This document shows positions 26,389 to 39,187 of a stretch of 64,000 bases of DNA, one piece after another. The DNA comes from Rhina ancylostomus (taxonomy: Eukaryota). The stretch spans positions 99,520,804-99,584,803 of the forward strand of contig JARFYF010000001.1 in the NCBI GenBank assembly GCA_030265395.1, given 5' to 3'. Each line of letters opens with the position of its first letter. The stretch's first letter is position 1. The notes below the pieces were generated by a model, which did no database searches, was not told where the DNA came from, and saw only the letters and a list, made by a program, of their open reading frames with translations. A program made the translations under genes and the position numbers.

Positions 26389-27639
26389 GCGGACAGAAGA
26401 GTCCAGGTGCTTACGGTGGGAGTGGCAGTCTCCCTTTAAGTTACACAGCTGCAGGACAGACAGCTTCATTAGCAGTGACCAATGCTTTGGAATAAAGTGA
26501 CTGAATCTGATGCATACTTAATGACATCAACCTTTACCCACACAAACGTGACTCATTTTGAAAATGTAACTGGGCGGTTCCCAGCATGATTATAAATGAC
26601 CTGGAAAAGGTTATTATCATGTTTCATTTCAGGATAAGTGGATTCAAATCACTTAATTGCTGAACAACAAATGTCTTTTCCATGACAATTTCCCAGTTTC
26701 ACATTTGTGAACATTTTACAAAGTGACTGCCTGATCACCCTGCTTGATGACATCGCCATTGCAAGAGAACACAATCTCCCCCAAATTGACATCATGGAGC
26801 AATGGGTTGCTTTCTGCCCGATGTTCATGTCCCAGAATTTTTCTTTGAAGATCTGTGGGGGAAGCTACTTTCCATTTGGAGGCCAATAATGAGTGCCGGG
26901 GCCTCACTCTGGCTGCAAACTTTGTGCCACTATTGACCCAGACAAATAACCAAACAGAAGGGATGCAGATATTGCCATTTAGACTTATTCAAACTCTTTA
27001 TATTCAGACCTCAATAATATTCATTTGACATTCACTGAAGCGTTTAGAGCTGCTGTAGTTTGGAACAATAAAGATCTCTCTAACTACATGTACATTTGAA
27101 AGATGCCGTAGGTTAAATTCTATTATAAACTGAGGAGTTAAAACAACACCAATCCAATATACCTTACAATACCTCAAGGAGCTATTTTGCTTCTTTTATT
27201 GTTTTGAATTTAAATCTTCATTAATTCAATTAGTACATTTTGGAATACTCCACTGTCAGCTTTTTGAGAGTAAATGGCCTCTTAAACCAATTCCTCTCCG
27301 TTCAAAATACACCAAAAAAAAAACTTTTGGATGGGATACCCACTGTGTTTGCTCTTTTAAAAAAAAGCAGTTTCTCCCAGGTTTCTTCCAATATCTTGCC
27401 ACAGCAGTGACAGGAGATTGAGAAACCTCTGCAGAAATCAATGCCTGTCTACTATCTTTCCAACAGTATTTCACCTATTAATGTGACACTGCATAGCACA
27501 AATTTAGAGATGAATTTCTTACAGCAACATAGAAAAATACATGATCCCTATTCCATTTTTCTTGCACTTGAAGCAGCAGGATATGATACACGTCTATTCT
27601 CTTAAGCGATCCCTCAGGATGACCTTCTTCCACTTGGTA

Positions 27640-28570
27640 CAAAGGTGATTGATGAGGCCATTGTGGGATCTGCAGATTTTGCCACAGGTATTGCTTGGCA
27701 GGTGAGCAACTTGGAAGGTGGTACGCTTCTTCTGCATTTTATCCTGGTCTTCTGTGTTCTCCTGTGCATGGGCTGAAGACTCTCAGAGCCATCCCAAATG
27801 TTGCTTCTTCGCCTTGAGCAGTCATGGATCAAGGTTTCCCAGGAGCCAGAGAAGATGCTTGGATGTTTTCACGGGAGACTTGGAGAATATCTTGGAACCT
27901 TATCCTCCATTCACCCGGAATTGCCATGAGAGCTCAGAACAGAGTGTCTGCTTCAGGTATCTGGTTGTGGGCAAGCACAATATGGGGTGTGTCCAGCAGA
28001 ACTGATCAAGTGTAATTACTGATGGGGATGTCGACCTGAGACATGAAACGGACAGCGGTTTGCTTATGGTACCAGTGGATGAAGATTCTGCAGTGGCAGC
28101 ATTGATGACATCTCCCCAGTGCTTTAAAGGTACATGCAGTAGGTCAGAGGTCTCAGAGCCATTCAGGAGGGCAGTGATCACTGCTGTCTGGGAAACATGG
28201 GTTTATGCTGGGTTTGATCTTCAAGCATCCTTATCCTCAGACAACCAAAGGAAATAATAGTTCTTGAGATGTAGGAAGTGGTCTACTTATTCCAGGGTTT
28301 TGTCAGAGAGCAGCATTGTTCAATGGAGCAGGCTGGTAGAGGACCTTTGTTTCGTGGACATTAAGTGCAAGATCCATCGCCCCATGTGCTTTAGGGAATG
28401 AGCCAATGACCACTTGGAGATCGGCCTTTGAATGCATACAAATGCAAACGTCAGCCACATATTGCACGTCTGTTATCAAGGTTGGCATGACTTTCAAGGC
28501 AACGCAGGTTGAACAGTTTCCCCATTTGTCACACAGCTTAGCTCCGTTCCAGCAGGGAGCTTACCAGAAA
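27640..28570 (-). mobile_element. RTE-clade LINE RT remnant
   Basis: GKLFNLR motif (~28500-28525), ITDVQYVADVCICMHSKADLQ…LALNVHETKVLYQPAP (degenerate YADD), AVITALLNGSET. Confidence 0.85.
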
Positions 28571-30039
28571 GTTTTCTCAAATAATCAACTTCTGCTGGAC
28601 GCAGCAAAAGAGAGGAGTAATTGATTCAGAATTGCAAGAATTGAATGGCTCAAAATACAAGTCTGAAATGTTTGATTGCATGCAGTATATAGCACAGATA
28701 GAATTTCATTGATAAATGAGCTGGCATGTCTCATACAGTTTGTGCCAATCTTAAAATTCATACCAAATTGGCAGGTACTGACGTTCATACCACAGACACA
28801 GATGCCCAGTTTATAAATCAGAAACCTATTGCAGTGTGGCCCTTGTCATGATCTAATGGCCAATCACATCCTTGCAATGAAGAGAGACAGTGGCATAACC
28901 TAATTAAACTGCCTCCACTAAAATGTCCAGTGACTTTGGCACATTGAGTGCAAGAGAAAAAGGTCATTCTACCTTTTTCCAGCCTTCCATGCAGCAGTTC
29001 CTCATCACGCAGGAGATGCAGCCTCCATTGATCATTCATATTGTTGAAGTGGCAAATGGTGCTGACAGTATCAGGAGAGAATTCACTCTCCTGACAACAC
29101 TTTAACTTATCTTTTCAACCTACTTGTCTCACAGCGTGGATGTCATTACGAAGCCAAGAAACATTTTTAACTGAGCACCGTCTGGCACCTTTATAGAAGA
29201 GGAATGGGTGGGCAGTTGCTGTTGAGATTCCTTGACAGACTTATTGACTTTGTCTTCTCTGCGCCAAAGACAAAGCACTGTTGTGTCAGCCCATTGTTGA
29301 ATGCTGTCTCTTTCTGCTGACTGTGATTCTGGATGGTTTGAGTTAAGTCTTGTTATTCCCAGAGGTCTCTTTCTAAATTACAGTTTAAGGCTCAAATTTG
29401 TGGCTCATATCTTATTTTCAGGCTGCAGGCCATGTGCTGACTCAGCACACATGTGATTTCTACACAGAATATCGTGCACCAGTGAGTCATGGGATTAAAG
29501 TACAAATAATATACTTGTGCTTAGAACAATATAGATTCCTATTCATTCTTACAATAATATGTTCTCCTTCAAAAAAATTATTAGTTTCCTTAAAAGTTAA
29601 ATGTGATTTTTTAAAACCAACTCATTGCTTGTCATACTTCTTAAACAACATTCACAATAATTGCTCAGGTGGCAAGATGCTGCATCTCTACTTTTGTCAA
29701 CATAGATGGAGTCATCCATCTCAGCAATGAGTTGGCACTTTGTGTTGCTGATCTTATTACGCCTGGTGTAAAAGTTGCACTCAGTGTTACTGGTGTTATT
29801 GCTGGTGATAGACTTATCAGATCTCGTGTGGGTTGAGGATGGATTCTGTGCCTCTTAACTGCTGGCCCATCTCGGCCTCAGTGCTAAACAGCTTCCTCGG
29901 TTGCTTCAGCTGGATTCCAGCTTTTTGGAACTGGATCCTGTGCTGACACTTCTTGCCCTCTCAACAACTCAGTTAATGATAATAGCAGAAGTGTTGTAAC
30001 ATTGGCAAACTTTAAATTAAGCATCTCCTTCTGACATAG

Positions 30040-30245
30040 ATGGCAGACATTTGGCCCACCGAGTCCACGCTGGCTCACAGTGCAATCCCCATTGCCCCAT
30101 TAATTGTCCCAGTTTCTTTTTCTCCCCACATTCCAATCAACTCCCCACTCCCAGACTCTACTACTAGGGGGAAATTTAGAGTGGCCAATTAACCTGCCAA
30201 TCCACTTGTTGTTGGAATGTGGGAGGAAACTGGAACACTGGGGAG
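30040..30245 (-). mobile_element. V-SINE 3' half with CR1-like tail
   Basis: ggcccaccgagtccacgctggc…gtggccaattaacct…ttggaatgtgggaggaaactggaacac. Confidence 0.75.
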
Positions 30246-31063
30246 GTGGCGGGGGGGGGATCACTACTGGGTGCAATGCTACACCAATGACCTCTGAGGG
30301 ACCACTAAAAGGGATGCTTTAATTAGTTACCATTCTCAATGGCATTTCTAAGGAATCAATTGTCCCTACACACTGATATTACCTCTGTGAGGAGTTACTC
30401 AACCCTGCCTCCTTGACCATAACCTTGGTTCCAGCCTATTAACTATTATTACAGGTAGCTAGGCTTCAGGTACTTAAACAGCTCCTTAGTTAGCAGTACA
30501 TTAACAAGGGAAGCACTGTACAAAATAGAGCACACAACAGCCTAGAAAGAGACTAGTCAAAGTAATTCTTTGAAAGAGCAGTCCAAATAGACCCATTCAC
30601 TTGTGTTTCCCTAAATTCCTGCACTTTTTCACCTTTAAGCATTTATCCAGTTCCCTTTTGAACGTCACTATCCAGATAAAAAGGAGGGAAGAAGAAATAT
30701 AAAGTATTCTATGACCGTGGCAGGGAAATATGAATTGACAACTACCAAGCACAGTTACGTCATGACATCAGCTTTGCATTAACATGTCTCATGGTGTTTT
30801 CCTTTCCTTGTGAAGAAAGCGTCTTTATCAGTTCTCTGCATTTGATCACTCGTCACACAGGATTTTTGTTAAATTTTTCAAAAGAGTGGATAATCTGGTG
30901 CATGTTCCTGCAAAGCTGATCAAGTCATTTAGGTCTCGGTGCTTGATGTCTCAGTGAAAGCAGTGCAACACTTCCAGAATGGTAGCAGAAAAATTCAACT
31001 TGGATAATTCATGGAAAGAAGCCCACAAATCAGAGCTTGTTTGGGGATTGTGGTTTCTGGGAT

Positions 31064-31310
31064 CTTACAGCACCAGCGACACGGGTTCAATTCCAGCCAC
31101 TGCCTGTAAGGAGTTTGTACATTCCCCCTGTGTCTGTGTGGGATTCCTCCAGGTGCTCCAGTTTCCTCCACATTCCAAAGACTTACGGGTTAGGAAGTTG
31201 TGGGCATGCTGTGTTGGCACTGGAAACATGGCGACACTTGTGGGCTGCCCCTAGAACAGTCTATGCAAAAAGGTGCATTTCGATGTACATGTGACTAATA
31301 AAGATATAAT
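31064..31310 (+). mobile_element. V-SINE, Rex1-like tail variant
   Basis: ttacagcaccagcgacacgggttcaattcc (B-box), V-domain, tail …gatgtacatgtgactaataaagatat. Confidence 0.88.
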
Positions 31311-34252
31311 TATAATTCCCTTGAGGCTGAATTTCAAGGATGAGATGAGAACTCCCCTACTCCCCTACCCATTTTTAAAATAGGATGGTGAGATAAGCCC
31401 CCAGGAGTACAGCCAAGGCCTCTGTTTGACACTTTGATCAAAAGCTAGCACTGCTGACAGACTCTGGAACCCTGAATTTCCTGCTCAGGTTTCTGAAGTA
31501 GGACTTGAATCTTTAAGCTTTTGGACCAAAGGTGCGACAATTTAGCAATCTTGATGAAGCTCTCAAAAACCAGGCAACTCTACCCTGCAGAGATTTGCCT
31601 CTCTCCTGTATAATAAACCTATGAAGGACTTGTAAAATTACACATTTGGTGGAAACATGTTTTCTTTTTCTGTCTGCTGCAGCTCTGTTCATGTATGGTA
31701 GGATTCAGAAAGGGGAGGTCAGGGGAACCTTCCATCCACAGAAAGACATAAAGAAACCTCTTTACCCAGAGAGCGTTTGGAATGTGAAGCTCGCTGCCAC
31801 ACAACGTAGGTGAGGTGAAGGCAAAGGAGTATGTTCTGATGGTGTAAGATGAAGGAGTGCAGGAGGCTGTTTGTTTGCTGACAATAAGTTGCATTAATTC
31901 TTTGCCGAATCTGTGATGAATTTGTAAATTATATTTTAAATAGTGTAGAAACAGCAGGAAATAAACCATTCCTCCTTTGATCAACTTTTAAAGGTTGCTG
32001 ATGTGGTTAGTCCACATAGACATCAATCTGACCCACATGCAGTAAGTTCCAATGCTTATTCAGTTGCAATTCTGTAAGACCTATTTGGGCCTCTTGTCTG
32101 AGGTTTGGCTGGTCAAAGACTCCTATTGCATTGCTTCTTTTCCCTATAAACTCTGTGCCAAACGGAAAAAAAATGAAATCCACTGAGTTAGCTTCACCTC
32201 AAGCAAATTTATTGCATGTCAAGTGAATTTATGACACTCCATGGGGTACCACGCAGAGAAACAGTATATTTATGTTGGAAATCAATGGGAGGATTATAGT
32301 TATAAATTGAAATAACTGCACAATTATCATCAGGCACATGTTTGGTAACAGTTAGCTTTGACTAGGGGTGTCTAAGCTATGGATCGTTTGCCCCTTGATC
32401 CCCATCCTCTGTCCCATAGGATTCAGTTCTATTTGTGTTTTTCCCCTCCCCTGTTTAAGCTGTTTGACTAGCTGGAAGCTTGGAAAGAGATTATCTCAAT
32501 GCCAGAACTATGATTGTGATTAAAGCCTAAATCGCAACACCAAGATTGTTAGCAATCACAAATTAATGGGAACAATGTTTTTCCTACATTCCAACAGTGA
32601 CTCCACTCAAAAATGTTTCTTTGGCTGTGCACCGAAGAAAGAGGAAGCCATTTCGCCCCAGGAGACTTCTGTCATTTGGTAGTATCATAACGCATCAGTA
32701 AGTTAACTGCATTTATCCACTTTTCCCTATATCCTGTGATATCTATTGTTAATAAAAATCTGTCAATTGCAGATTTAAAGTTAATTATCTTCAATTGATG
32801 GTGACTTAAAGTCATTCAAGTATTGTTCTTTCCATAAAGAGTAGTTTGCAATCTTTCATACAGCAAATAGATGCAGTTGATGAAGTTATCTCTTACAATG
32901 TGAACAAATTTTGCAGATGGTGCCATGCTCTCAGCTAAAACTCATGACCCTCAAAACTACATAGTATATGGGAAGCAATGAAAGCAAAAATGGCTGCGCA
33001 TTATCCTACCTTTGAACCACTTAATTGTGTGATGATGATTCAAACGCATTCTCTTTGTGCTGTTCGATTAAGAAGGTGTCATTTAAATCTGTAATGTTGA
33101 TTGTATGTATTGCCTTCTGCTGATTGCATTAATGTATTGTGAATTCATCAGGGTAGATCCTGACTTTATATACTGAAGTTGTATAATACGGACAACAGTA
33201 TGTCTGCAGTCTATTTTGCATCTCTCTTTGACTTAATTTCCATCGCCTTCCATTGACAGTGCACTAATTTAATGCGAGTAAAATTGTTTTTTCTCAGATG
33301 TGTGAACCCAACCAATTTAAGGAGCCCAGGGAATTATTTATTGTCCTAAATGAATGAAATAGGATACAATGATACAGTAATAAAAGGCCACCTTTTACTG
33401 ACACTATCATGAAACTTAGAGTAATAACTTATTTGGCCAGATCACACTGGTCAGATCCCTTGCTTTGCATCGCCACGTGAGGTAGCCTTGTGGTTGCACT
33501 ATAGTTTGTGGCCGCATGGCTCCTAACGTGTTTCCAGTGCTGGATCCATCCACAAGGCAGAGCGGGCCGGGAGTGCAGGAGGGGAAGTCCACGGTCCATC
33601 CCAGTAGCCTTGTGATAGTGTGTGCTGTCAAAGGCCTTTTCACAATATCCAAAAGTCTCTGATCATCATGACCTTCAGAAACAGTTAAAAAAAATTTAAA
33701 GTTTAAAAAGTATCAAAAAATGTAGAAGTTATCGAGTCACACAGCACGGAAACAGGTCCTTCAGCTCAATTCATTCATGCTGACCAAGATGCCAGTCTAA
33801 GCGAGTCCCATTTGCCTATGTTTGACCCATATCCCTCCAAACCTTTCTTGTTATTAATTTATTTTGAAACAAATGAAAATACTATTAAATAATTACTGAA
33901 AAGCATTGATATGCTTCTAAATGAAGGTCAGTGACCCTTTTCACATGAATGGGTGCAAGATGAGCTTGCCACAGCTGACGTAAAGCTGAGGTGCTGGTTT
34001 CAGAGGGTGACTTGCCACATAACTCATCAACTTATGGAATGCTCCTGGGCTCAAAGGTGAGTCCAAAGGTGAAGCAAGTGATCAAGTACAGACCCATTTG
34101 ATTTCCAACACACCTGATTATCACTCTGCAGTGCACTGCCCCACAAGTCCAGAATGCATGGTTGCATGCACTGCATCTAGCTGTGCAGCTATCTATGAAT
34201 GTGCCATCTAGCTGTCGATGCATTCTGATTCACAATTTATAAAACTGTGCTG

Positions 34253-34380
34253 TGGGACCTTCAACATCCACCTGACTCGTTGCACCAAGGAGCTGGTTTG
34301 AAATCTCATTAACTGCAAAGGTTGGGACACGCAATCTTTGAATGGCACTCAGCATCGCCAGGCTCCTTGGAGTAATTTAC
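34253..34380 (-). mobile_element. DeuSINE-like (SacSINE1/AmnSINE1-related) fragment
   Basis: gggaccttcaacatccacctga…ggtttgaaatctcat resembles the reverse-complemented Deu-domain as I recall it. Related tail pieces at ~32575-32630 (+) and ~62285-62320 (-). Confidence 0.5.
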
Positions 34381-35214
34381 TACAGTCTCTAGCCCTGCGC
34401 TGCCTTTGATGATCTAGTAAACCCCATATCTACAGATAGCACAGAATATCTGAGGAGTTACAGTAGGTGGAATGTTTGAGCATGTTATTAAAATGGAAAT
34501 TATTGAGTATAAATAGTTTAATGTATTTAATAAAACTGAGAAAATAGAGTTATGAATTTAATACCAAAAAATGGTAATGATTAGATGTGCTTTGCTGTCA
34601 TTCCAGAATAATTGTAGCTTTCATTATCCCTACCTATCTATTTTATCCTGCAGGGACAGAATTGTGCTCTTTTCCCCTCAGTTCTGGTAATGTAGTTCAA
34701 TGTTCGTATAATTTTCTTCCAGATATCAGTCAGCATATATCATATCGATTAATTCTGGAATGGTGCAACTTATCATCAACAGTGGTTTGACCAGTTCTGT
34801 GTGTACCGCACCTGAGAAACGTTGCATCATTGCACAGCAGCCCAAGAAGTGTGGGCTATGGGAAAGGGTTAACAATGAGTGTGCAGTTGGTGTGCACAGG
34901 CAGAGAGAGAACAATAAAATTTGGGACATTAAAGGAATCAATATGTGGGTCGGTTGGCAAAGTGGAGATGTGTTGATAGGTCACCCAGTATATTGGTGAA
35001 TGGTAAAGCATCCTCAAGGGCCACATTACTCCTGCTCCTACTTCTCATGTCTTCTGTAACTGTAGTTGCTAAATTTAATTCTACTGGTTTCCCCTCCCAA
35101 CTCCCAATTTACAGCAATCCCTAGATGTTTAAAAATATATTCAGCAGAAATGATTGATTTTCCCAGCTGTCTTCAGGTCTTGCTTACAGTTTCCAGTAAA
35201 GTCCAGAGACCTGC

Positions 35215-35285
35215 CCCATCCCCACCTCCCTCTCTCCCCACCCCCCCCGTCCCCCCCTCACCCCCACCCCCCCAACCCTTCCCAC
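35215..35285. repeat. C-rich low-complexity tract (G-quadruplex potential on the minus strand)
   Basis: Many runs of 3 or more C, adjacent to an N gap. Confidence 0.7.
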
Positions 35286-35479
35286 ACGTCATTCACTGGC
35301 CCTAAGTTGCAGTNNNNNNNNNNNNNNNNNNNNNNNNNNNNNNNNNNNNNNNNNNNNNNNNNNNNNNNNNNNNNNNNNNNNNNNNNNNNNNNNNNNNNNN
35401 NNNNNNNNNNNNNTCACATCTAATTGCATGAGTATGTTATGCAAAAATTACATGCTGTGCTTCTTTGAGCTTGTTTATA

Positions 35480-35850
35480 ACAAAATACTTCATTTGCTTT
35501 AAAGGGAAGGAGGTTGAAAAGAGATGCATCTTGGATGAAGAAGATCATGACTTCCTTAGCTAGGGAAGATATTTCTATTAGCAAATAATTCAAGGACCTG
35601 GTGGCATAGATGTAAAATTTTGGACAAATGACACCAGAATAACAAAAAAATCTTTTCAGTAAGGTGGTAGACTTGGAATTCACTGGCTGTAGGTCTGTAG
35701 AAGACAATCAGGACTTACAAAAGCAAATGGAATAGGCACTTGAAAGAGAATAATTGGCAAAATTCTGTGGAACGAGTGGACAGATAACACTGCCTAGTAG
35801 CCACCATATACAGAGACCTTCTTTCTGCTGGAACAATTCTATGTTTCCTT
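35480..35850 (+). mobile_element. Old CR1-like 3' fragment
   Basis: aaggtggtagacttggaattcactggctg…aggcacttgaaagag…ccttctttctgctggaacaattctatg. Confidence 0.6.
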
Positions 35851-36295
35851 GATTTTAGAAAGTGTTCTGGAAAGACCCGTTGTCATACTTTGAGAGATGT
35901 TCAGCATATTTAAGCACCAATGAAAAGCTGTGGTCTGAACCTTTTTTTTGCCTTCCTGTATCGGAAGAGCTGCATGCCAACTGAGCTGAGAACAGAACAA
36001 GTTCCTTTCTACAGTAATCTCTGTTAAGTTACATATTCTCTTTTAATACATTTTCACATATCATTGGCAGGTAAGGGCAGAGAAAATTCTTTGTCTCAGT
36101 TGTTTCATTTGCTCTATGTTTTGCATTTCACCCTCATGTTAAAAGAATACCAGATATTTATTTAATCCTCTGACACTCCATCTTCTCTATAACCTCCAAG
36201 TCTTATTTATACTATCTAATTTCCTGGCATATGTTTGTAGAATCTTCCATTATACTTTCTATGTTATCTCATAGCCTTTTTATTTCATTTTTCAG

Positions 36296-36358
36296 GTGAG
36301 AGGATCTCCTGGAAAAATCCACATGGCATGCCTGTGCCCAAACCATCTCCAACCAGAG
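36296..36358 (+). other. Candidate 63-nt spliced exon (gene unknown; opposite strand to PAPPA2)
   Basis: Acceptor cctttttatttcatttttcag and donor GAG|GTGAGT. Length is a multiple of 3 and two phases are open. Confidence 0.35.
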
Positions 36359-36609
36359 GTGAGTATTGTGAAAATCATTTGGAATGGTGTTTCTGCTGGC
36401 AATAGTTTCTCAAAGCTTAGGACTGGCTTTTACCTACTGTTATTGTGCCTCTATGGAGCTGTTCTGGCTGCCATCCATTTAGAAGTTGATTATAGAGGAA
36501 AGGGTGAAAATTAAAATAACTTGCAGTGGGGCCATTCCAACTCCATAGATGAAAGGCAAGCCTGTAATCACATGAAGATAGGTACTCAATCAATGTCAAA
36601 ATACTTGAA

Positions 36610-36810
36610 AATTTTACAAAAGCAAAATACTGCAGACTTTGTAATTCCAAAATAAAAAGAAAATATGGGAAATAGTCAAATCAGGACTATCTATGGGGAG
36701 AATTATAGAGTTAATGACCTTTCAGATAAATGACCTTTCATTCTGATGAACAATCATTGATTTGAAACATTAACCCAATTTCTCTCTCCACAGTTACTGC
36801 CTGACAACAA
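36610..36810. mobile_element. Penelope-like inverted (tail-to-tail) terminal pair with hammerhead-type core
   Basis: Minus-oriented arm (aaaatactgcag…gagttaatgacctttcag), then plus arm CTGATGA(36743) a caatcattgattt GAAA cattaac…tctctctccacag. Confidence 0.65.
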
Positions 36811-37829
36811 GGTGACATCCCTGTTTTTTTTTCTGTCGCCTCCCCACAAATGACTTGCATCTAAATTTCATGAAAAGGATATCCATTGCTCCAAAAGGGA
36901 ATACTTTTGATACTTACTGCAGCAGAATCTTCAAAGAAGGCAAATTTGCTCCTTGCAGCCATATGAAGTTCAACAGAACCAAAAATTACTTCCTGCTTAA
37001 GAAGTAGCCTGTTCAGAGCTATCAGCAGGCTGAATCTGTGACTGCATCCAATAATTCCTGTCATTTTGTTTTATGTAGCTGGTTATTAGAGTAAGGCAGG
37101 GCTTATATTGCGAAATTTGGCACAATTATTGGTTCTGCTACCACTGTGAACATGTCTACTCCACAGAAGAGTGAGTCCTAATTATAACTATCTCAAAAAA
37201 AATTGATGCTTCAAATATCTGTTGCAATGCAGCATGCCCAATCTATAAAACAAAACACAGTGCTGTGTCAGGTCTCCTTAACATGCAAACCTAGTAAAGT
37301 AGTCCTGTTGAACTATGGAAACATTTGACAGTGCAGACAANNNNNNNNNNGGTGATTTGAACAAATCTTGTTCTAAAAACATTCCAAAAAATTGAATCCT
37401 GTAGAAAGAATAAAGTTGCTGTTATAAGTCCAACAGGACAGAAATGGCACAGTTACAAATATGGCAATTGATAAAAGTAAATAACAATAAGCATGGATAT
37501 TACTTGCATGCTTTTATTCCATTTGTTCAAGAAAACAAGAATACATCTGTCCTTCACACACACTGTCTGGAAATCTTTCAGCCTTGAACAATTTGCTGTA
37601 ACAGCAAGACTGAATATTGGATGACATGGAATGAACAGGCAGCATAGGATTGTTACATGTGATTAATCATTGTGCTTCTGAACCCCCAAACACCCATTCT
37701 AATAGTACCGCAAGATTCCTTGCTAATTTTTGTATTAGTGCAATGATTAGTATGTATGATTCTCCTTTAATTTATGGATTTATGTGATATCACACTTGCT
37801 TACTATATAATTAATAGCTTATCAACAAT

Positions 37830-38150
37830 GATAATTTGCACTTTTGTACAGCTTTAATGTGGAAAACATTGCAGAACATTCCACGTAGATATAATTTTCA
37901 AAAATAAATATTAAGCAGAAGTTTTAGGCTAATGGCCAAAAAGGTGGGTCAAGAGGCCAGCTTCAAGGAGGGGCACTAAGGTTTTATCAAGATAATTCCA
38001 GGCATGGAGCCTAAATGACTGAAGGCAGGATAAAGTGGAAACACAAGGAGGCAACATTTTAAAAAGTACTTGAGAGTCAGGCTAGGAGTGGCAAGGATGC
38101 TGGGGGAAATTGCAGTGATCAAGACTGCTAAGACCAAGCAAAGAATAACA
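37830..38150 (-). mobile_element. L2-like 3' end
   Basis: aatttgcacttttgtacagctttaatgtggaaaacat…aattccaggcatggagcctaaatgactgaaggca. Confidence 0.55.
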
Positions 38151-39187
38151 TTCTAGATGGAAGACTCTGCTAAAATGTTTCTGTCCCATTTATGTTGGAG
38201 GGATATGTTCTATGAAAAACAACCAGAACAATAGATCTGGGGGTTGCTTAAAGAGATCTGGGCTGAATTGTAACTTTTGGTTTACTTGTTACTGAGTGAG
38301 GTTTGCCTGTTTCACATACTAGGAACTCCCACTTCAGTCAAAGGAAATGCAGTCACTAGTGAGAGCTTTAAATTTTCAAACTACAATATTTTATTCAATT
38401 GGCACTTCCTTACTTCAAAATACAAATCAAGAACTGGAAAGAGGTTCATCTTTAGAAGGAAACCTCACCAATGATCAGTTTGTCCTCCTCCAAAAATGTT
38501 GCCCAATCATTATTCTTGTAGTGAATAAAATCTATTGAACTATAGATTGTAATTATACTCAGTGACTTTAAAATAACATTTATCCTTTCCTTCCTTGCAC
38601 AATGGATTGTTTACACAAAATAATTCACTTCTGGGACCTAAGTTACATGAACATCTGCTAAAAACTGGCCCTCATTTTGCACAGAGCTCTGGTGCTGTCT
38701 TGAATGAGGCAAGGACTTAGCTACTGGTTTTGTCAAAGATTTTTGTCAGCTAAGTTACACTAATTTCTGAAATATAACCTAGTATTGTTTAGATTATAGT
38801 GAACATGGGAGGGTATTACTCTGAACATTACTGGACTGAATGGCTGCTACATTAATCAAGGAACTGTAAGATTTTTAATAAAAGATGGAAAATACTGAGA
38901 ATATTAAGCAAGCCAAAAACATCTATGGAGAATTAATGTTTCAGCTTGATGAGCTTTTAAGATTTGCACTTTATTAAATCTACCAAGGCTTAAATCTCAT
39001 ATTCAAGTTTTAATCTTCCAGTCTTATTCAGGTTCCCTCATATCACTTTGTTTCAGTACACTCATGGGTGCACTGGTGTTATTTCCAGCTATAATACAAT
39101 GTCAAATTGCTAATTATGGTTCCTCAGCTTTCATATCATCATCCCCTAATTTATTAATTTCCTTCCTCAACTTCTCCATCTCCATAA

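Noticed and set aside
29071-29094. Perfect 9-bp hairpin tcaggagag/ctctcctga (a similar one at 63964-63995)
   Set aside because: Too short for a pre-miRNA, and such stems occur by chance in 64 kb. Bacterial terminator logic does not apply here.
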